From Gemmatimonadota bacterium (lineage in GTDB: Bacteria; Gemmatimonadota; Gemmatimonadetes; Palauibacterales; KS3-K002): DNA of 64,000 nucleotides. This document shows positions 48,996-59,364 of this stretch, one piece after another. The DNA is taken from positions 16,358 to 80,357 of the forward strand of contig JBDHJS010000003.1 in NCBI GenBank assembly GCA_039586795.1. The letters are read 5' to 3'. Within the stretch, counting starts at the first letter, position 1; each line of letters starts with the position of its first letter. A program made the position numbers and the translations under genes. A model generated the notes under the pieces. That model was given only the letters and a program-made list of their open reading frames with translations, had not been told where the DNA came from and made no database searches.

Positions 48996-50129
48996 ATGGA
49001 AGTCGTTCACCCGCCACGGCCAACCGAACACGACGCCGGCCTGGACGTCCAGCCGCGGAATCTGTCTGCGGCTGCGCTCCAGTTCGCCAAAGTGCCGAAC
49101 CGTGCTCTGCTCGCGGCGGCCCAGGGCGTGATGACCCGTTGGCAGGACGCCCTCGGCACGGTGACGCCGTGGCCAGCGGCGGCGGACGAACTCGCCCGGC
49201 TTACGATAGCGGTGCACGAAATCGCGTCCAGCGGTGAAGCGGCGCTAGAGCTACCGATCGGTACTCCGTTGCGGCGGCAGTTGCTGGCGCTGCTGGAGAC
49301 CGAGGTCGAAGAGTGCCGCGGCAGGATTTGCTCCGACGCCGAGGTAGACGAGCTCAAGGACGCTTTCACCGTCGTGCATGGCGCGTTGGAATGCGAGGAC
49401 ATGCAGGAGGTGGAGGCTCGGCTGGCCAGCCCGGACGGGCCCGAGCTGCTCGCTGAGGTCGCCCACGATCTGCGCTCCCCGCTGACATCCATTCTGACAC
49501 TCGCCGATGCGCTCCGTAGCGGCCGTAGCGGCGACGTGAACGGAGTTCAGCAGCGTCAACTCGGACTGATTTACAGCGCGGCGCTGGCGTTGAGTTCGAC
49601 GGCGAGCAACCTGATAGAGCTGGCCCATGGAGGCGATCGCCTTGCGCAAAAGGAGCCTTCGCCGTTCTCGATCCTCGAGATCATGGAGTCGGTTCGCGAC
49701 GTGCTGCTGCCGATGGCCGAAGAGAAAGAGATCGAGCTACGCTTCGCGCCTGGCGACAATCAGCGTCGGCTTGGCTATCCGCTGGCGCTTTCCCGCGTTC
49801 TGCTGAACCTGGCGACGAACTCTCTGAAGTTCACCGAAGAAGGGTACGTGGAAGTCACGGCGCGCCCGCTCGACCCGACGCACGTGGAATTCGCAGTGCG
49901 CGACACCGGCAAGGGGATCAGCGCTACCGCCGTGGACACGCTTTACCAACCGTTCCGGCGCTCGCCCGCCAGAGACGGCTACTTCTTCTCGGGGACCGGA
50001 CTGGGACTCATGATCTGCCGCAGGCTGGTGGAGGCGATGGGTTCGAGGTTGGAGTTCGAGACGCGACCGGATTGGGGCACCCGATTCTACTTCGAGCTCG
50101 AGCTGCGGCAGGTAGACGAATTCGTCTGA
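48996..50129 (+). CDS. Histidine kinase (soluble)
   Basis: H-box AHDLRSPLTSI; catalytic domain with DTGKGI and GTGLGLMI boxes. No TM segments. Confidence 0.75.
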   Translation: MEVVHPPRPTEHDAGLDVQPRNLSAAALQFAKVPNRALLAAAQGVMTRWQDALGTVTPWPAAADELARLTIAVHEIASSGEAALELPIGTPLRRQLLALLETEVEECRGRICSDAEVDELKDAFTVVHGALECEDMQEVEARLASPDGPELLAEVAHDLRSPLTSILTLADALRSGRSGDVNGVQQRQLGLIYSAALALSSTASNLIELAHGGDRLAQKEPSPFSILEIMESVRDVLLPMAEEKEIELRFAPGDNQRRLGYPLALSRVLLNLATNSLKFTEEGYVEVTARPLDPTHVEFAVRDTGKGISATAVDTLYQPFRRSPARDGYFFSGTGLGLMICRRLVEAMGSRLEFETRPDWGTRFYFELELRQVDEFV

Positions 50130-50150
50130 AGCAGAGGGCTCTCCCGCTCG

Positions 50151-51263
50151 CTAACTTCGCGAGACAATCCCCCTTACGATCACATCGGCGATCCGCTCCG
50201 CAGCTTTCCCATCCCAGAGTTCCGGCGCCTTCTTCAAAGGCCGGCTACCGTTCCTCTTTTCGGTGGCCTGCAGGGCAGCTCCGACAATCGCATCCGCCTC
50301 GAGGCTGACCAAACGATTGGTGCCCTGCTCCACCGTAACCGGACGCTCGGTGTTGAGACGAAGCGTGACACACGGGACTCCGAGGACGGTGGTCTCCTCC
50401 TGGATACCCCCCGAATCGGTGAGCATGACCGCCGCCTCCGACATAAGAGCCAGAAACTCCTGATATCCGAGCGGATCGATCAAGCGCACGCGCCCCAGCT
50501 TTGAGCGCAGCCCGAACGAATCGAGTTTGCTCTGCGTTCTCGGGTGCACGGGAAAGACCACGGGCAGTGTCTCCGCGACATCCGCCAGGGCGTTGACTAT
50601 CGGTTCGAGCGATTCGGGGCTGTCCACATTGGACGGCCGGTGTAACGTGACCAGCGCGTAGCTTCGCTCCGACAGGTCGTAGCTGGCCAGCGTCTTCAGC
50701 GTCGGAACGTGCTCGAGCTGTTTCAGCAGCGTGTCGATCATCACGTTTCCGACAAAGTGAATCCGGTCTTCGGACACGCCCTCTTTCTTCAGGTTCTCGT
50801 TGGCAGCACGCTCAGTCGTGAAAAGGAAATCGGACAGACGATCGGTGACCACGCGATTAATCTCTTCCGGCATGCCCCAGTCGAACGAGCGGAGTCCGGC
50901 TTCGACGTGCGCCACCGAGATTCCCAGCTTGGCTGCGACCAGCGAGCATGCGACTGTCGAGTTCACATCGCCCACAACGACCACGAGGTCAGGCTGGCGC
51001 TCCAGGCAGATGGGCTCGAACGCCTGCATGACGCGAGCCGTCTGTTCCGCATGAGTGCCCGATCCGACACCGAGATCCACATCCGGTCGTTGAATTCCGA
51101 GCTGGTCGAAGAAGATCTTTGAAAGGGCCTCGTCGTAGTGCTGGCCGGTATGAACGAGTATCTGCTCGACCTCGGGATAGGCGCGAAGCGCCTCCATAAC
51201 GGGCGCTATCTTCATGAAGTTGGGCCGCGCGCCCGCTACGTGTAGAACTCGCCGACTCGTCAT
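50151..51263 (-). CDS. wecB: UDP-N-acetylglucosamine 2-epimerase (non-hydrolysing)
   Basis: Conserved N-terminus (LHVAGARPNFMKIAPV, HTGQHYD, VVGDVNSTVA) and C-terminal blocks typical of WecB/MnaA. Confidence 0.85.
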   Translation of the reverse strand: MTSRRVLHVAGARPNFMKIAPVMEALRAYPEVEQILVHTGQHYDEALSKIFFDQLGIQRPDVDLGVGSGTHAEQTARVMQAFEPICLERQPDLVVVVGDVNSTVACSLVAAKLGISVAHVEAGLRSFDWGMPEEINRVVTDRLSDFLFTTERAANENLKKEGVSEDRIHFVGNVMIDTLLKQLEHVPTLKTLASYDLSERSYALVTLHRPSNVDSPESLEPIVNALADVAETLPVVFPVHPRTQSKLDSFGLRSKLGRVRLIDPLGYQEFLALMSEAAVMLTDSGGIQEETTVLGVPCVTLRLNTERPVTVEQGTNRLVSLEADAIVGAALQATEKRNGSRPLKKAPELWDGKAAERIADVIVRGIVSRS

Positions 51264-51281
51264 AGTTGTGCGATTACGCGA

Positions 51282-52145
51282 TTAGCGACGGAGAACCCGG
51301 TCGACCAGAATGATGATGCTGGTAACCGCGGCTGTGTAACTTATGATTTGGCCGAACGTGAAGACCGGCCGCCTGGGGACTTCGATCGAATCGCCCTCGC
51401 GCAACTGAAGCGCATCGAGCGTTTCCCCAAGGGCGAGGGCGAGCTCGAGCTCCTTCCCCTCCAGCACCGTGCCGTCCGCACGCCTGACCTTCAGCTTGTG
51501 GAGGTTGGCCGCCGTCGTCGGCCCACCCACTGACATGATCGCGTCCGGCAGCGGAGTCTCGATAGGTAACATGTGGTAACCCGGCTGCAGAATCTCTCCG
51601 GCGAACGTAAGCCGCACGTAGGTCCGGGCTCTCACGTCGGGCTGAGCGACGAATCGACTCAGCTGCTGTGTGAGATACGGCTGAAGCTCCGTCCGTAGAA
51701 CGCCCCTGAGGGAAATCGCCCCCACCACGGGCAACTCGATGGCCGGACCTGCCGTGACGACGAAGGTATCGGTGAGCTGCAGCTCACCCTCCACCACCAT
51801 CACCACTCGATCGCCTACGCGGAAATCCCCCTGCTGCAAACGCCGGCGGACGATCGCCGCCTCGCCCCTCGCTTTCTCGCGCAGCACCGGGCTATAAGCC
51901 TGCGACCGGGCTCCGTTCTCGAAAAACGTTGCCAGCTGCTCCAGCGTGTCGCGCGTCGCGCCGACGCCGGGAATCTGCCACGGATCCTGCTGGGCACTGA
52001 GTTCAGCCGGGTGAACCGCACCAGCGATGAGTACAGCTGTAAGAGCTACGATCGACAGTCGAGACACGGTACCTCCAAGAGTCGAATTCCCTTGCACAGC
52101 CACACGCCCGCACGGATTCAAGATTGAGGCCGAACGTGGCGACAC
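51282..52145 (-). CDS. Polysaccharide export protein (Wza/EpsA-like, SLBB domain)
   Basis: Signal/TM; the motif FRVGDRVVMVVEGELQLTDTFVVTAGPAIELPVVGAISLRG is typical of Wza-family polysaccharide export proteins. Confidence 0.7.
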   Translation of the reverse strand: MSPRSASILNPCGRVAVQGNSTLGGTVSRLSIVALTAVLIAGAVHPAELSAQQDPWQIPGVGATRDTLEQLATFFENGARSQAYSPVLREKARGEAAIVRRRLQQGDFRVGDRVVMVVEGELQLTDTFVVTAGPAIELPVVGAISLRGVLRTELQPYLTQQLSRFVAQPDVRARTYVRLTFAGEILQPGYHMLPIETPLPDAIMSVGGPTTAANLHKLKVRRADGTVLEGKELELALALGETLDALQLREGDSIEVPRRPVFTFGQIISYTAAVTSIIILVDRVLRR

Positions 52146-52420
52146 ACCGGTTCTGGTCGTAAACCGCTGAACGATAGAGGATTACGCTGCCAGAAGCCAC
52201 ACCGCTGTTTCGGCTCTACAACGCCGATTTGGTGCACCCGTGCCACGCGAGGCTTGCGCAAGTCGGCTGCAAAGGCCACAATACGACCGCTGAAACGGAT
52301 GATTCCCTCCGGCAACCGCATTCCCCCGAACGCCCAAGCACGGGACTTTCCGCTTGGCGATGCACCAGTTCTGTAGGATCGCTGACAGCGACCGTTCCCG
52401 TGGTAAAGGCAGGGAAGGAA

Positions 52421-53347
52421 ATGGCTGATCAGGCTCCGGTCCGCCCGACGTTGGCTCTGATCGCGAATGATCAGGAGTGGTCAAGCCGATCGCTCGAGAG
52501 CACGCTGGCCCCGTTGGGGTACGCCTTCATACGAGCATACAACGGCCAACAGGCGATCGAGCTTGCGGGTGACAGCTCGCCTGATGTGATCATCATCGAT
52601 GCCACGCTGCCGGACATGCCTGGGATCGAGGCCTGTCGTCGAATCCGCAGGGATCCACGCGTTACCATCGTCACACCCATCATCGTCACGACCGCGGGCC
52701 GTCTGACGCGGCACGATCGTTTGGAGGCCCTGAAAGCTGGGGCGTGGGATTTCTGCGGCTGGCCGATAGACGTGGAAGAGTTCACGCTGAGGCTGGGGTT
52801 GTATCTGAAAGCGAAGTTGGAGGCTGACCAGACCCGAGAAGACAGTCTGATCGACCATGACACGGGTTTGTACAATCTGCGAGGACTGATGCGCCGCGCC
52901 CGGGAGTTGGGGTCCGACGCGTACCGCCACTCGCGGGCGCTGGCCTGCGTAGCCCTGGCACTGCAGCCTCCCAACGGGATGATGATCGGCAACGGGGATG
53001 ACTCCGAGTTATGGGAGATTCTGGAGATTCTCGGCGACGCGCTCAAGACGAACGCGCGCATCTCGGACGCAGTGGGACGCGTACGGCTGGGAGAGTTCCT
53101 GGTCGTCGCCCCGGCTACCGACGATGTGGGAGCGTTGACTTTGGCGGAGCGACTTACGACCGCCATCCAAGGTGTCGTTGAAGAAAGCGAAAAAGCGCCG
53201 CTGACGGTCCTTGCTGGCTACCACGCGGTGGATGACCTGCGCGAATCGGGCGTACAGCCGTCGGAGCTCATGGCAGGAGCGACGACGGCTCTTCGTCGTT
53301 TGCAGATCGATCCAGGAGAAGCGAGGATCAGCCGCCACGTTGGGTGA
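52421..53347 (+). CDS. Response regulator: receiver + degenerate GGDEF domain (paralog of 42981..44000)
   Basis: High similarity to the copy at 42981 (ALIANDQEW..., DHDTGLYNLRGLMRRARELG). GGDEF site is RLGEF. Start at 52421 preceded by AGGGAAGG; the ORF is open from 52229. Confidence 0.7.
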   Translation: MADQAPVRPTLALIANDQEWSSRSLESTLAPLGYAFIRAYNGQQAIELAGDSSPDVIIIDATLPDMPGIEACRRIRRDPRVTIVTPIIVTTAGRLTRHDRLEALKAGAWDFCGWPIDVEEFTLRLGLYLKAKLEADQTREDSLIDHDTGLYNLRGLMRRARELGSDAYRHSRALACVALALQPPNGMMIGNGDDSELWEILEILGDALKTNARISDAVGRVRLGEFLVVAPATDDVGALTLAERLTTAIQGVVEESEKAPLTVLAGYHAVDDLRESGVQPSELMAGATTALRRLQIDPGEARISRHVG

Positions 53348-53388
53348 CTGATCCTCGAGATGTTAAGCCTGCCTTCAGTCTACTTGCA

Positions 53389-56118
53389 TCACCGCCGGGC
53401 ACTCTTACGATGCTTGCGCCTACGTTGGGCGCCGGGCTTGTGAGTCTTCTCGGCATTCTCGTCCCGGCCATCACCGCCGTCCGCTGAGAGATCCTCGGGT
53501 TGGTCTCCGTCGGAGCCGTTGACCTGAACTTCTGGCACATCCAACCCTTCTTCAGACGAGACGTCTTCGGTCTGGGCACCGAATTCGAACTCAGGCTCGA
53601 CGACCGAGATCTCTTCTATTTCGGGACTCTCATCGGCTGATGTGTCAGCGGTCGTGAAGCTAATCTCCCCGACGGCGTCTTCCTCGGTAACCGCCTCTCC
53701 GCCCGGCGTCCAGACCTGCACGCGCTCTTCTGATTCCTCCTCATCCCACGCTTCGTAGCCGGGTGAGTAGTAACTGTAGTACTGGCGGTAGAGTCCGCCC
53801 GGCGGAACATCATTCAAGACGGCGCCGAGCAGGCGAATGGGTAACCGCTCCAGGACATCGAGCTTCGCTTCGGTCGTCTCGCGGTCCGTAGCACCGGTTC
53901 GCACGACGAGCAGCATGCTGCCTGTGAGCGTTCCCATGGCCAGTGGATCGACTCCGGCCGTGAGCGGCGGTGTGTCGAGAAGCACGACGTCGTAGCTACT
54001 TCTGAGCTGCAAGAGGAGCGTCGACATCTCCTGTGACTGAATCAACTCCGGGCCGTCTTGCCGACGCGTACCGCAGCCGATTCGATCGACCATCTCGTAC
54101 ATCGTGGACTGAATGATCTGTTCGCGTGAAGCCTGGCCGGCCAGGTAGTCAGTGAGTCCCGGCTTTCTTGCCCCGCCGAACAAGCGGTGCAGCACGCCTC
54201 TGCGAACATCACCGTCGATAACCAACGTCCTTCGGCCGAGGTCCGCGAACGCCAACGCGAGGTTGGACGTCACGAACGACTTCCCGTCCTCAGGCGACGT
54301 GCTGCTTATCGTCACCACGACAGGGCCGGCGGAGCCGTAAGCGTGCAGCAGGTTGAGGCGAATGACCCTGAACGCCTCGACGAGCTGTTCGGTGGCTTTG
54401 ATGGCCTGACCGCGGCGGCCGGCGACGTGGGGGATCGTCCCGATGATGGGGAGGCCGAGCTCCTCGCTGAGCTGTTCGGGGTACTTGAAGCGAGGGTCGA
54501 TGCGATCGAGAACCAACGCTGCGCCCACGGCGCCCATGAAGCTGACCATGAACGCCAGAATGAACAGTCGCGGCTTCTGGCTCTCGTTGATCGGTCGCTG
54601 GGGCGCCACAGCGGCATCGAGGATTCTCACGTCCGGAATACTGCTCACGGCGGCGAGTCGCGCTTCTTCGTATCGCGCCTGCAGCATGGTGAACAGGTTG
54701 GCGGCTATTGCCACTCGTCGCTCGAGTCGCGCCTCGTCGATCAACCGGGGCGGAATCTCGCTCAACTCATCTGAAGCGGATGCGATGAGATCGTCCAGTT
54801 CACGCTCGCGCTCGACGACCTCCGCGACCAACGAACGCACCAAAGTAGGTATGGTCCTCCGCTCCAGCGACTCAAGCTCGTCCTTGAGCTGCTGGATGGG
54901 TGGGTATTCGTCGGTGTAGCGGTAGTACAGAGTCCGCAGCTCAGCTCGTTTCACCGTGAGCTCATCGAGCACGCCCAGAAGTTCCGAAGCCTCGCGCACG
55001 GCCGGTATGACCTCAAGGGCCGCTACCGAGAACTCGACGGTGGGATCTCTGGCCAGCACTTCTTCGAGCGCCTCTCTATCACGTCGCAGCTGCTCGGACT
55101 GAACCTTCAGGTCGAAGTAGCCGCCGAAAGCAGGCGCCGTCGTCTGCTGCAGACCCGGGGTCACCGGAGTAGCGGGACTCGAAGGCAGAGTGATGGTCTC
55201 GACACGGAAGTTCTCCAGCGCCGCTTCCGCCTCGGCCAGCTGCTGCGCCGCGAGATCCAGCTGCTCGTCGAGGATCTCGGTGACCTCCTCAAGCTTGTCG
55301 CTCTTGAGATCCGCGGCGACCTCTACGTAGCGCTCACCGATCGCGTTCAGCGTTCTGGCGATGCGGCCCGGGCTCGACCCCCGGAGCGATAGCCGGAGGA
55401 AGCTGCCGTTGCCGTCCAGGTCGATACCCAGGGTCCTGCCGAGCCGGGTCGCTCTGTCGCGGGGATTCCCAACGCCGAACTCGATGACGCGCCCGGCCGT
55501 CAGCTCCTCGGCCGGCGGGATCCACACGAAGCCGAACTGCTGGCCCACGGAGTCGCCAACCGCACCCCGCTGGACGACCAATTCGTCCGCCGTCCGCAAC
55601 TCGAACCCTTCACCGTCTGGCGTCACGGTGAGCTTATAGTCGCCGTAGGCCGCTCGCTCGTAACTGTCGGCGAGCCTGAAATCCTCAAACACTGAGGCAT
55701 TTGCCGGGTCTCCCCGACTCAGGTAGAGCCGCATGTCGAGAACAGCGTGCTCGAGGACCATGTAGGACGTGAGGAGATTCACCCAGGCGGCGGACTCGAG
55801 GAGCTCGGTCTGGCGAATCGGGCCCTGGGCGGCCTCGCCGCGGTTGGTCCTCTCGATCCAGAGCGTCGCCTGAGCCTCGTACTGCGGCGTCACGAACCTG
55901 CCTGCCGCCACACCCGCGGCACTGCCGAGAATGGTCACCAGGATGATCAGCCACTTGTAGCGCCACAGAGCTACGGCGTAGCGGCGCCAGTCGAAACCAG
56001 GCTGCGCGAACGTCGGGGTAACCGGCACGCCCTCCCATCCGGTATCGACAGCGCCGGCCGGCTGGATCTCTCCAGCGCCGGTCACATCCTCGGGCTTGGC
56101 GGGCAGATTGTCCGACAT
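53389..56118 (-). CDS. Polysaccharide co-polymerase/tyrosine autokinase (Wzc-like BY-kinase), copy 2
   Basis: Paralog of 44028..46964. Walker A VTISSTSPEDGKSFVTSNLALAF, Tyr cluster YRQYYSYYSPGY, and a strongly acidic then basic C-terminal tail. Confidence 0.75.
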   Translation of the reverse strand: MSDNLPAKPEDVTGAGEIQPAGAVDTGWEGVPVTPTFAQPGFDWRRYAVALWRYKWLIILVTILGSAAGVAAGRFVTPQYEAQATLWIERTNRGEAAQGPIRQTELLESAAWVNLLTSYMVLEHAVLDMRLYLSRGDPANASVFEDFRLADSYERAAYGDYKLTVTPDGEGFELRTADELVVQRGAVGDSVGQQFGFVWIPPAEELTAGRVIEFGVGNPRDRATRLGRTLGIDLDGNGSFLRLSLRGSSPGRIARTLNAIGERYVEVAADLKSDKLEEVTEILDEQLDLAAQQLAEAEAALENFRVETITLPSSPATPVTPGLQQTTAPAFGGYFDLKVQSEQLRRDREALEEVLARDPTVEFSVAALEVIPAVREASELLGVLDELTVKRAELRTLYYRYTDEYPPIQQLKDELESLERRTIPTLVRSLVAEVVERERELDDLIASASDELSEIPPRLIDEARLERRVAIAANLFTMLQARYEEARLAAVSSIPDVRILDAAVAPQRPINESQKPRLFILAFMVSFMGAVGAALVLDRIDPRFKYPEQLSEELGLPIIGTIPHVAGRRGQAIKATEQLVEAFRVIRLNLLHAYGSAGPVVVTISSTSPEDGKSFVTSNLALAFADLGRRTLVIDGDVRRGVLHRLFGGARKPGLTDYLAGQASREQIIQSTMYEMVDRIGCGTRRQDGPELIQSQEMSTLLLQLRSSYDVVLLDTPPLTAGVDPLAMGTLTGSMLLVVRTGATDRETTEAKLDVLERLPIRLLGAVLNDVPPGGLYRQYYSYYSPGYEAWDEEESEERVQVWTPGGEAVTEEDAVGEISFTTADTSADESPEIEEISVVEPEFEFGAQTEDVSSEEGLDVPEVQVNGSDGDQPEDLSADGGDGRDENAEKTHKPGAQRRRKHRKSARR

Positions 56119-56610
56119 ACACAGACTCACGGCAAAGGTGGTATTCACTCGCGGACTCCAGGCGCCCGCGACGCTCAAGATAACCCTAACAATCCGGGAT
56201 GCAGCAAGCCCGATACTCCGTAGCAAGCACGATGCCGGGCGCGCGGCGAAGCGAGAGATCTCTTTCCAACAACAAGGTTCTACCGGCAGCCGACGCGGTG
56301 GGCCGGGCAGCGTTGTATATTTCGCAGACCTGCTATGTAGCGAGGCTGCTACAGCACTTCAGGCGACTTGAAGGCGATTGTGGTATTGGGCCAACAGGGC
56401 TGGGCCAGGTGGTCCGCCTCGCTGGCCCGTCAGAAGGCCGGAACGCAAGTGATGGGTTGAGAACCCCAAGCCTTCCGGCCCCTAACCGCCCGGGCGGTGG
56501 GGTTCAAATGTTCCGGCCTGATCCCTGCAAGATCCAATTGAGTCACGATAATACCCGCCGCGGCCACTGCCTCCGGAGACGAGGCAGCCAGTGGAAAACA
56601 CCGTGGAGGC

Positions 56611-58164
56611 TTGTTGATGTCCAGTTCCCTGTCCGGCACAAACAGCGGCGATGGAGACGTGCTAACGCCAGCCCCCGCTGGCCTTTCATCTGAGGAAGGT
56701 ACGCGCGGTACCGAATCGGTGATCCCGCTGAGGATCCTGATTGCGGATGACGACCGTACGTTGCTCGAGAGCTGCGCGAGTATCTTGGAAATTCAGGGTC
56801 ACGAGGTGACCTTGTCGGCGCGAGGCCAGGAAGCGCTGGATATTCTGCGACGTCGCCGTTTCGACCTGGCGCTGATCGATCTGTACATGCTGGACGTGTC
56901 GGGGATGGAGCTATTGCGGGCCAGCCTCAAAGCGAACCCCGACCTGATTCCGATCATCATCACGGGCAAGCCAAGCGTGGATTCGAACATGGAGGCGATC
57001 CGCGCCGGCGCCTGGGACTATCTTCCGAAGCCATTCTCCGCGACACAATTGCAGGTGATGATCGGCCGGGCGGCGCACGCCGTGCTGGGAGCGCGCAAGA
57101 CGCAGGCTCTCCAGCAGGATATCGAGACGCAGCACGGCCACAGCGAAAAGGTGAAGGTGCTGGGGATCTCACCCGCGTTCCAGCGGATCGTCGAGGTCTG
57201 CCGCCGGGTGGCGCCCACCGATGCCTCAGCTTTTGTCACCGGAGAAAGCGGGACGGGCAAGGAACTGATCGCCCAGTTCATTCATCACCACAGTCGACGG
57301 GCGCGGAAGCCGCTCGTCCCGATCAATTGCGCCGCCTTGCCGGAGACGCTTCTGGAATCCGAGATGTTCGGACATTGCAAAGGCTCGTTCACGGGTGCGG
57401 TGCGGGACAAGCCTGGCCTCCTGGAGATCGCCGACGGCGGCACGATGTTCCTGGATGAGATCACCGAGATGTCACAGGCCATTCAGGCGAAGTTGCTGCG
57501 GGTAATCCAGGACGGCGTGGTTCGACGAGTCGGCAGCACGAAGACGGACGCCGTGGTCAACGTCCGCTTCATCGCCGCGACGAACCGCGACCCGGAGGAA
57601 GCCGTCGAATCCGGCACACTCCGCCAGGACCTGTACTTCCGGCTACGTGTGGTGCCGATACGCGTACCACCGCTGCGGGAGCGGCCCGAGGACGTCCCGA
57701 TTCTGGCCGAGCACTTCCTGCTGACCTACTGGAAGCGGCACCGTGAGCGGGGCGCCGAGCCGCCGAAGTTCACCGCCGCCGCCACGCGAGCGCTGCAGGA
57801 CCGGCAGTGGCCAGGCAACGTCCGCGAGCTGCAGAACGCTATCGAGCACGCGGTCGTGTTCCTCGAGCCGGGAGCCGATATCAAGGCCGAGGACGTCCCA
57901 TCCGTTCAGGACAAGGTGCCTGCTCAGGAGGGCTCCCTATTCGAACTCAATTGGCTCGACGAGCCCTATCACATCGCCCGCGATCGGATGACCGCGGAGT
58001 TCGAGCGGCGTTACCTGGTTTGGGTCGTGAACCGAGCGGCCGGCAACATGTCCAAGGCCGCCCGCATAGCGGGAATCGACAGGACGACGATCTATCGGCT
58101 GATGGAGAAGCACGGCCTGCGGCGTGATGCCATGGTCGCGCAGAACTCTCAAGACACTCCGTGA
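56611..58164 (+). CDS. Sigma-54-dependent response regulator (NtrC/PrsR-like), copy 2
   Basis: Same architecture as 47448..48983 ([17 protein letters not shown]), with a nearly identical C-terminal block ([26 protein letters not shown]). Confidence 0.85.
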   Translation: MLMSSSLSGTNSGDGDVLTPAPAGLSSEEGTRGTESVIPLRILIADDDRTLLESCASILEIQGHEVTLSARGQEALDILRRRRFDLALIDLYMLDVSGMELLRASLKANPDLIPIIITGKPSVDSNMEAIRAGAWDYLPKPFSATQLQVMIGRAAHAVLGARKTQALQQDIETQHGHSEKVKVLGISPAFQRIVEVCRRVAPTDASAFVTGESGTGKELIAQFIHHHSRRARKPLVPINCAALPETLLESEMFGHCKGSFTGAVRDKPGLLEIADGGTMFLDEITEMSQAIQAKLLRVIQDGVVRRVGSTKTDAVVNVRFIAATNRDPEEAVESGTLRQDLYFRLRVVPIRVPPLRERPEDVPILAEHFLLTYWKRHRERGAEPPKFTAAATRALQDRQWPGNVRELQNAIEHAVVFLEPGADIKAEDVPSVQDKVPAQEGSLFELNWLDEPYHIARDRMTAEFERRYLVWVVNRAAGNMSKAARIAGIDRTTIYRLMEKHGLRRDAMVAQNSQDTP

Positions 58165-58189
58165 CGCCGACAGGATCGGTTTGATCGTA

Positions 58190-58240
58190 GCACCACGTTT
58201 CTTTTTCGTTGGTGCTGTCGAGTTTTCTTCTTCTTCAAGC
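58190..58240 (+). terminator. Putative rho-independent terminator after the sigma-54 regulator
   Basis: Hairpin GCACCA...TGGTGC followed by a T-rich tract GTCGAGTTTTCTTCTTCTTC. Confidence 0.35.
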
Positions 58241-58479
58241 AAGCGCTTTCCTGTAGCACCGTCTCCACAACTAGCAGATGCATTGCTACGTAGCGTGAGT
58301 ACATCAGTTTCCGGACGGCCCACCTAAGTACTTGTAAATAAACAACTTGGATATTGGCACGGAACGGCCCAAACGCGCACAGCCGTTGCACCTGCATGTG
58401 AGCGCTTAACCGAAGTACGCCTTGGCTTGCCAACCCGCCGGCGAGTCAGACCTGAATCACCACACAACGCGGAGTTGGG

Positions 58480-59244
58480 ATGGAGGCATCGACAGTACCC
58501 ACGCGAGAGCACTATCGCGCTCAGACTAAGCCACTTGCGCTGGAGAACGGCAACGGATCCGCGGGCGGGTTGAGTGAAGGGTCCACTGCTTCGCATGAGT
58601 TGGCTAGCGAGCGTGCTCGACGCATTCTGAATTTGGCGGCCGCATTTGTGTTGCTTGTTCTCAGCACTCCGGTCATGATCGTCATCGCGCTGGCGATCAG
58701 GCTGACCTCTTCCGGTCCGATCTTCTTCGTTCAGCAGCGCGTTGGCATCGACCGCCGCAACGGTGGACGGCCAACCGGCAACTGTCGGCGGCAGACGGAT
58801 GCGGGTGGGCGGCCCTTCAAGATCTACAAGTTTCGCACGATGCATTGGAACGGCGGCAACGGTGATCGTCAGGTGTGGGCAAGTCCTGAAGACCCACGCG
58901 TCACTCGGTTGGGCCGCGTTCTGCGCACGTACAGGCTGGACGAGCTACCTCAGCTCATCAACATCCTGCGCGGAGACATGAACCTGGTCGGGCCACGGCC
59001 AGAACAGCCCAAGATATTTGACGATCTGCGTTCCAAAGTGACCGGCTACGAACGGCGCCAAGCTGTGCGACCGGGGATCACGGGGTGGGCGCAGGTCAAT
59101 CAGCATTACGACCGGTCGGTCGAGGATGTGAAGAAGAAGCTGGCGCTGGACCTCGAGTACATCGGCAAGCAGTCGGTACGAGAGGACTTGAAGATCATGC
59201 TCCGTACGGTGCCGGTAATCCTGTTCAAGGAAGGCGCCTGGTAA
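58480..59244 (+). CDS. Undecaprenyl-phosphate sugar phosphotransferase (bacterial sugar transferase; WbaP/EpsL-type priming enzyme)
   Basis: Motifs KIYKFRTM, RVTRLGRVLRTYRLDELPQL and GDMNLVGPRP. Carries a ~20-aa insertion (DRRNGGRPTGNCRRQTDAGGRP) ahead of KFRTM. Confidence 0.85.
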   Translation: MEASTVPTREHYRAQTKPLALENGNGSAGGLSEGSTASHELASERARRILNLAAAFVLLVLSTPVMIVIALAIRLTSSGPIFFVQQRVGIDRRNGGRPTGNCRRQTDAGGRPFKIYKFRTMHWNGGNGDRQVWASPEDPRVTRLGRVLRTYRLDELPQLINILRGDMNLVGPRPEQPKIFDDLRSKVTGYERRQAVRPGITGWAQVNQHYDRSVEDVKKKLALDLEYIGKQSVREDLKIMLRTVPVILFKEGAW

Positions 59245-59265
59245 GCGGAGACCCGCCAGGTAGCG

Positions 59266-59309
59266 AACGCCGGTCCCCTCTCACTGCAGAGGGACCGGCG
59301 TTCTTCTTT
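59266..59309. terminator. Bidirectional rho-independent terminator between convergent genes
   Basis: Near-perfect hairpin AACGCCGGTCCCCTC-tcactgcaga-GAGGGACCGGCGTT followed by TCTTCTTT. It sits between the + gene ending at 59244 and the - gene ending at 59365. Confidence 0.8.
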
Positions 59310-59364
59310 AGGTAGCTGCTAGACTGGGCAACCGTTAGGTACACCCCAACAATCTCGGGTTCCG

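Noticed and set aside
58340-58365. TTGGATATTGGCACGGAACGGCCC upstream of the sugar transferase, a possible sigma-54 -24 element.
   Set aside because: It has TGGCAC but no TTGC(A/T) -12 element at the required 10-nt GG-to-GC spacing.
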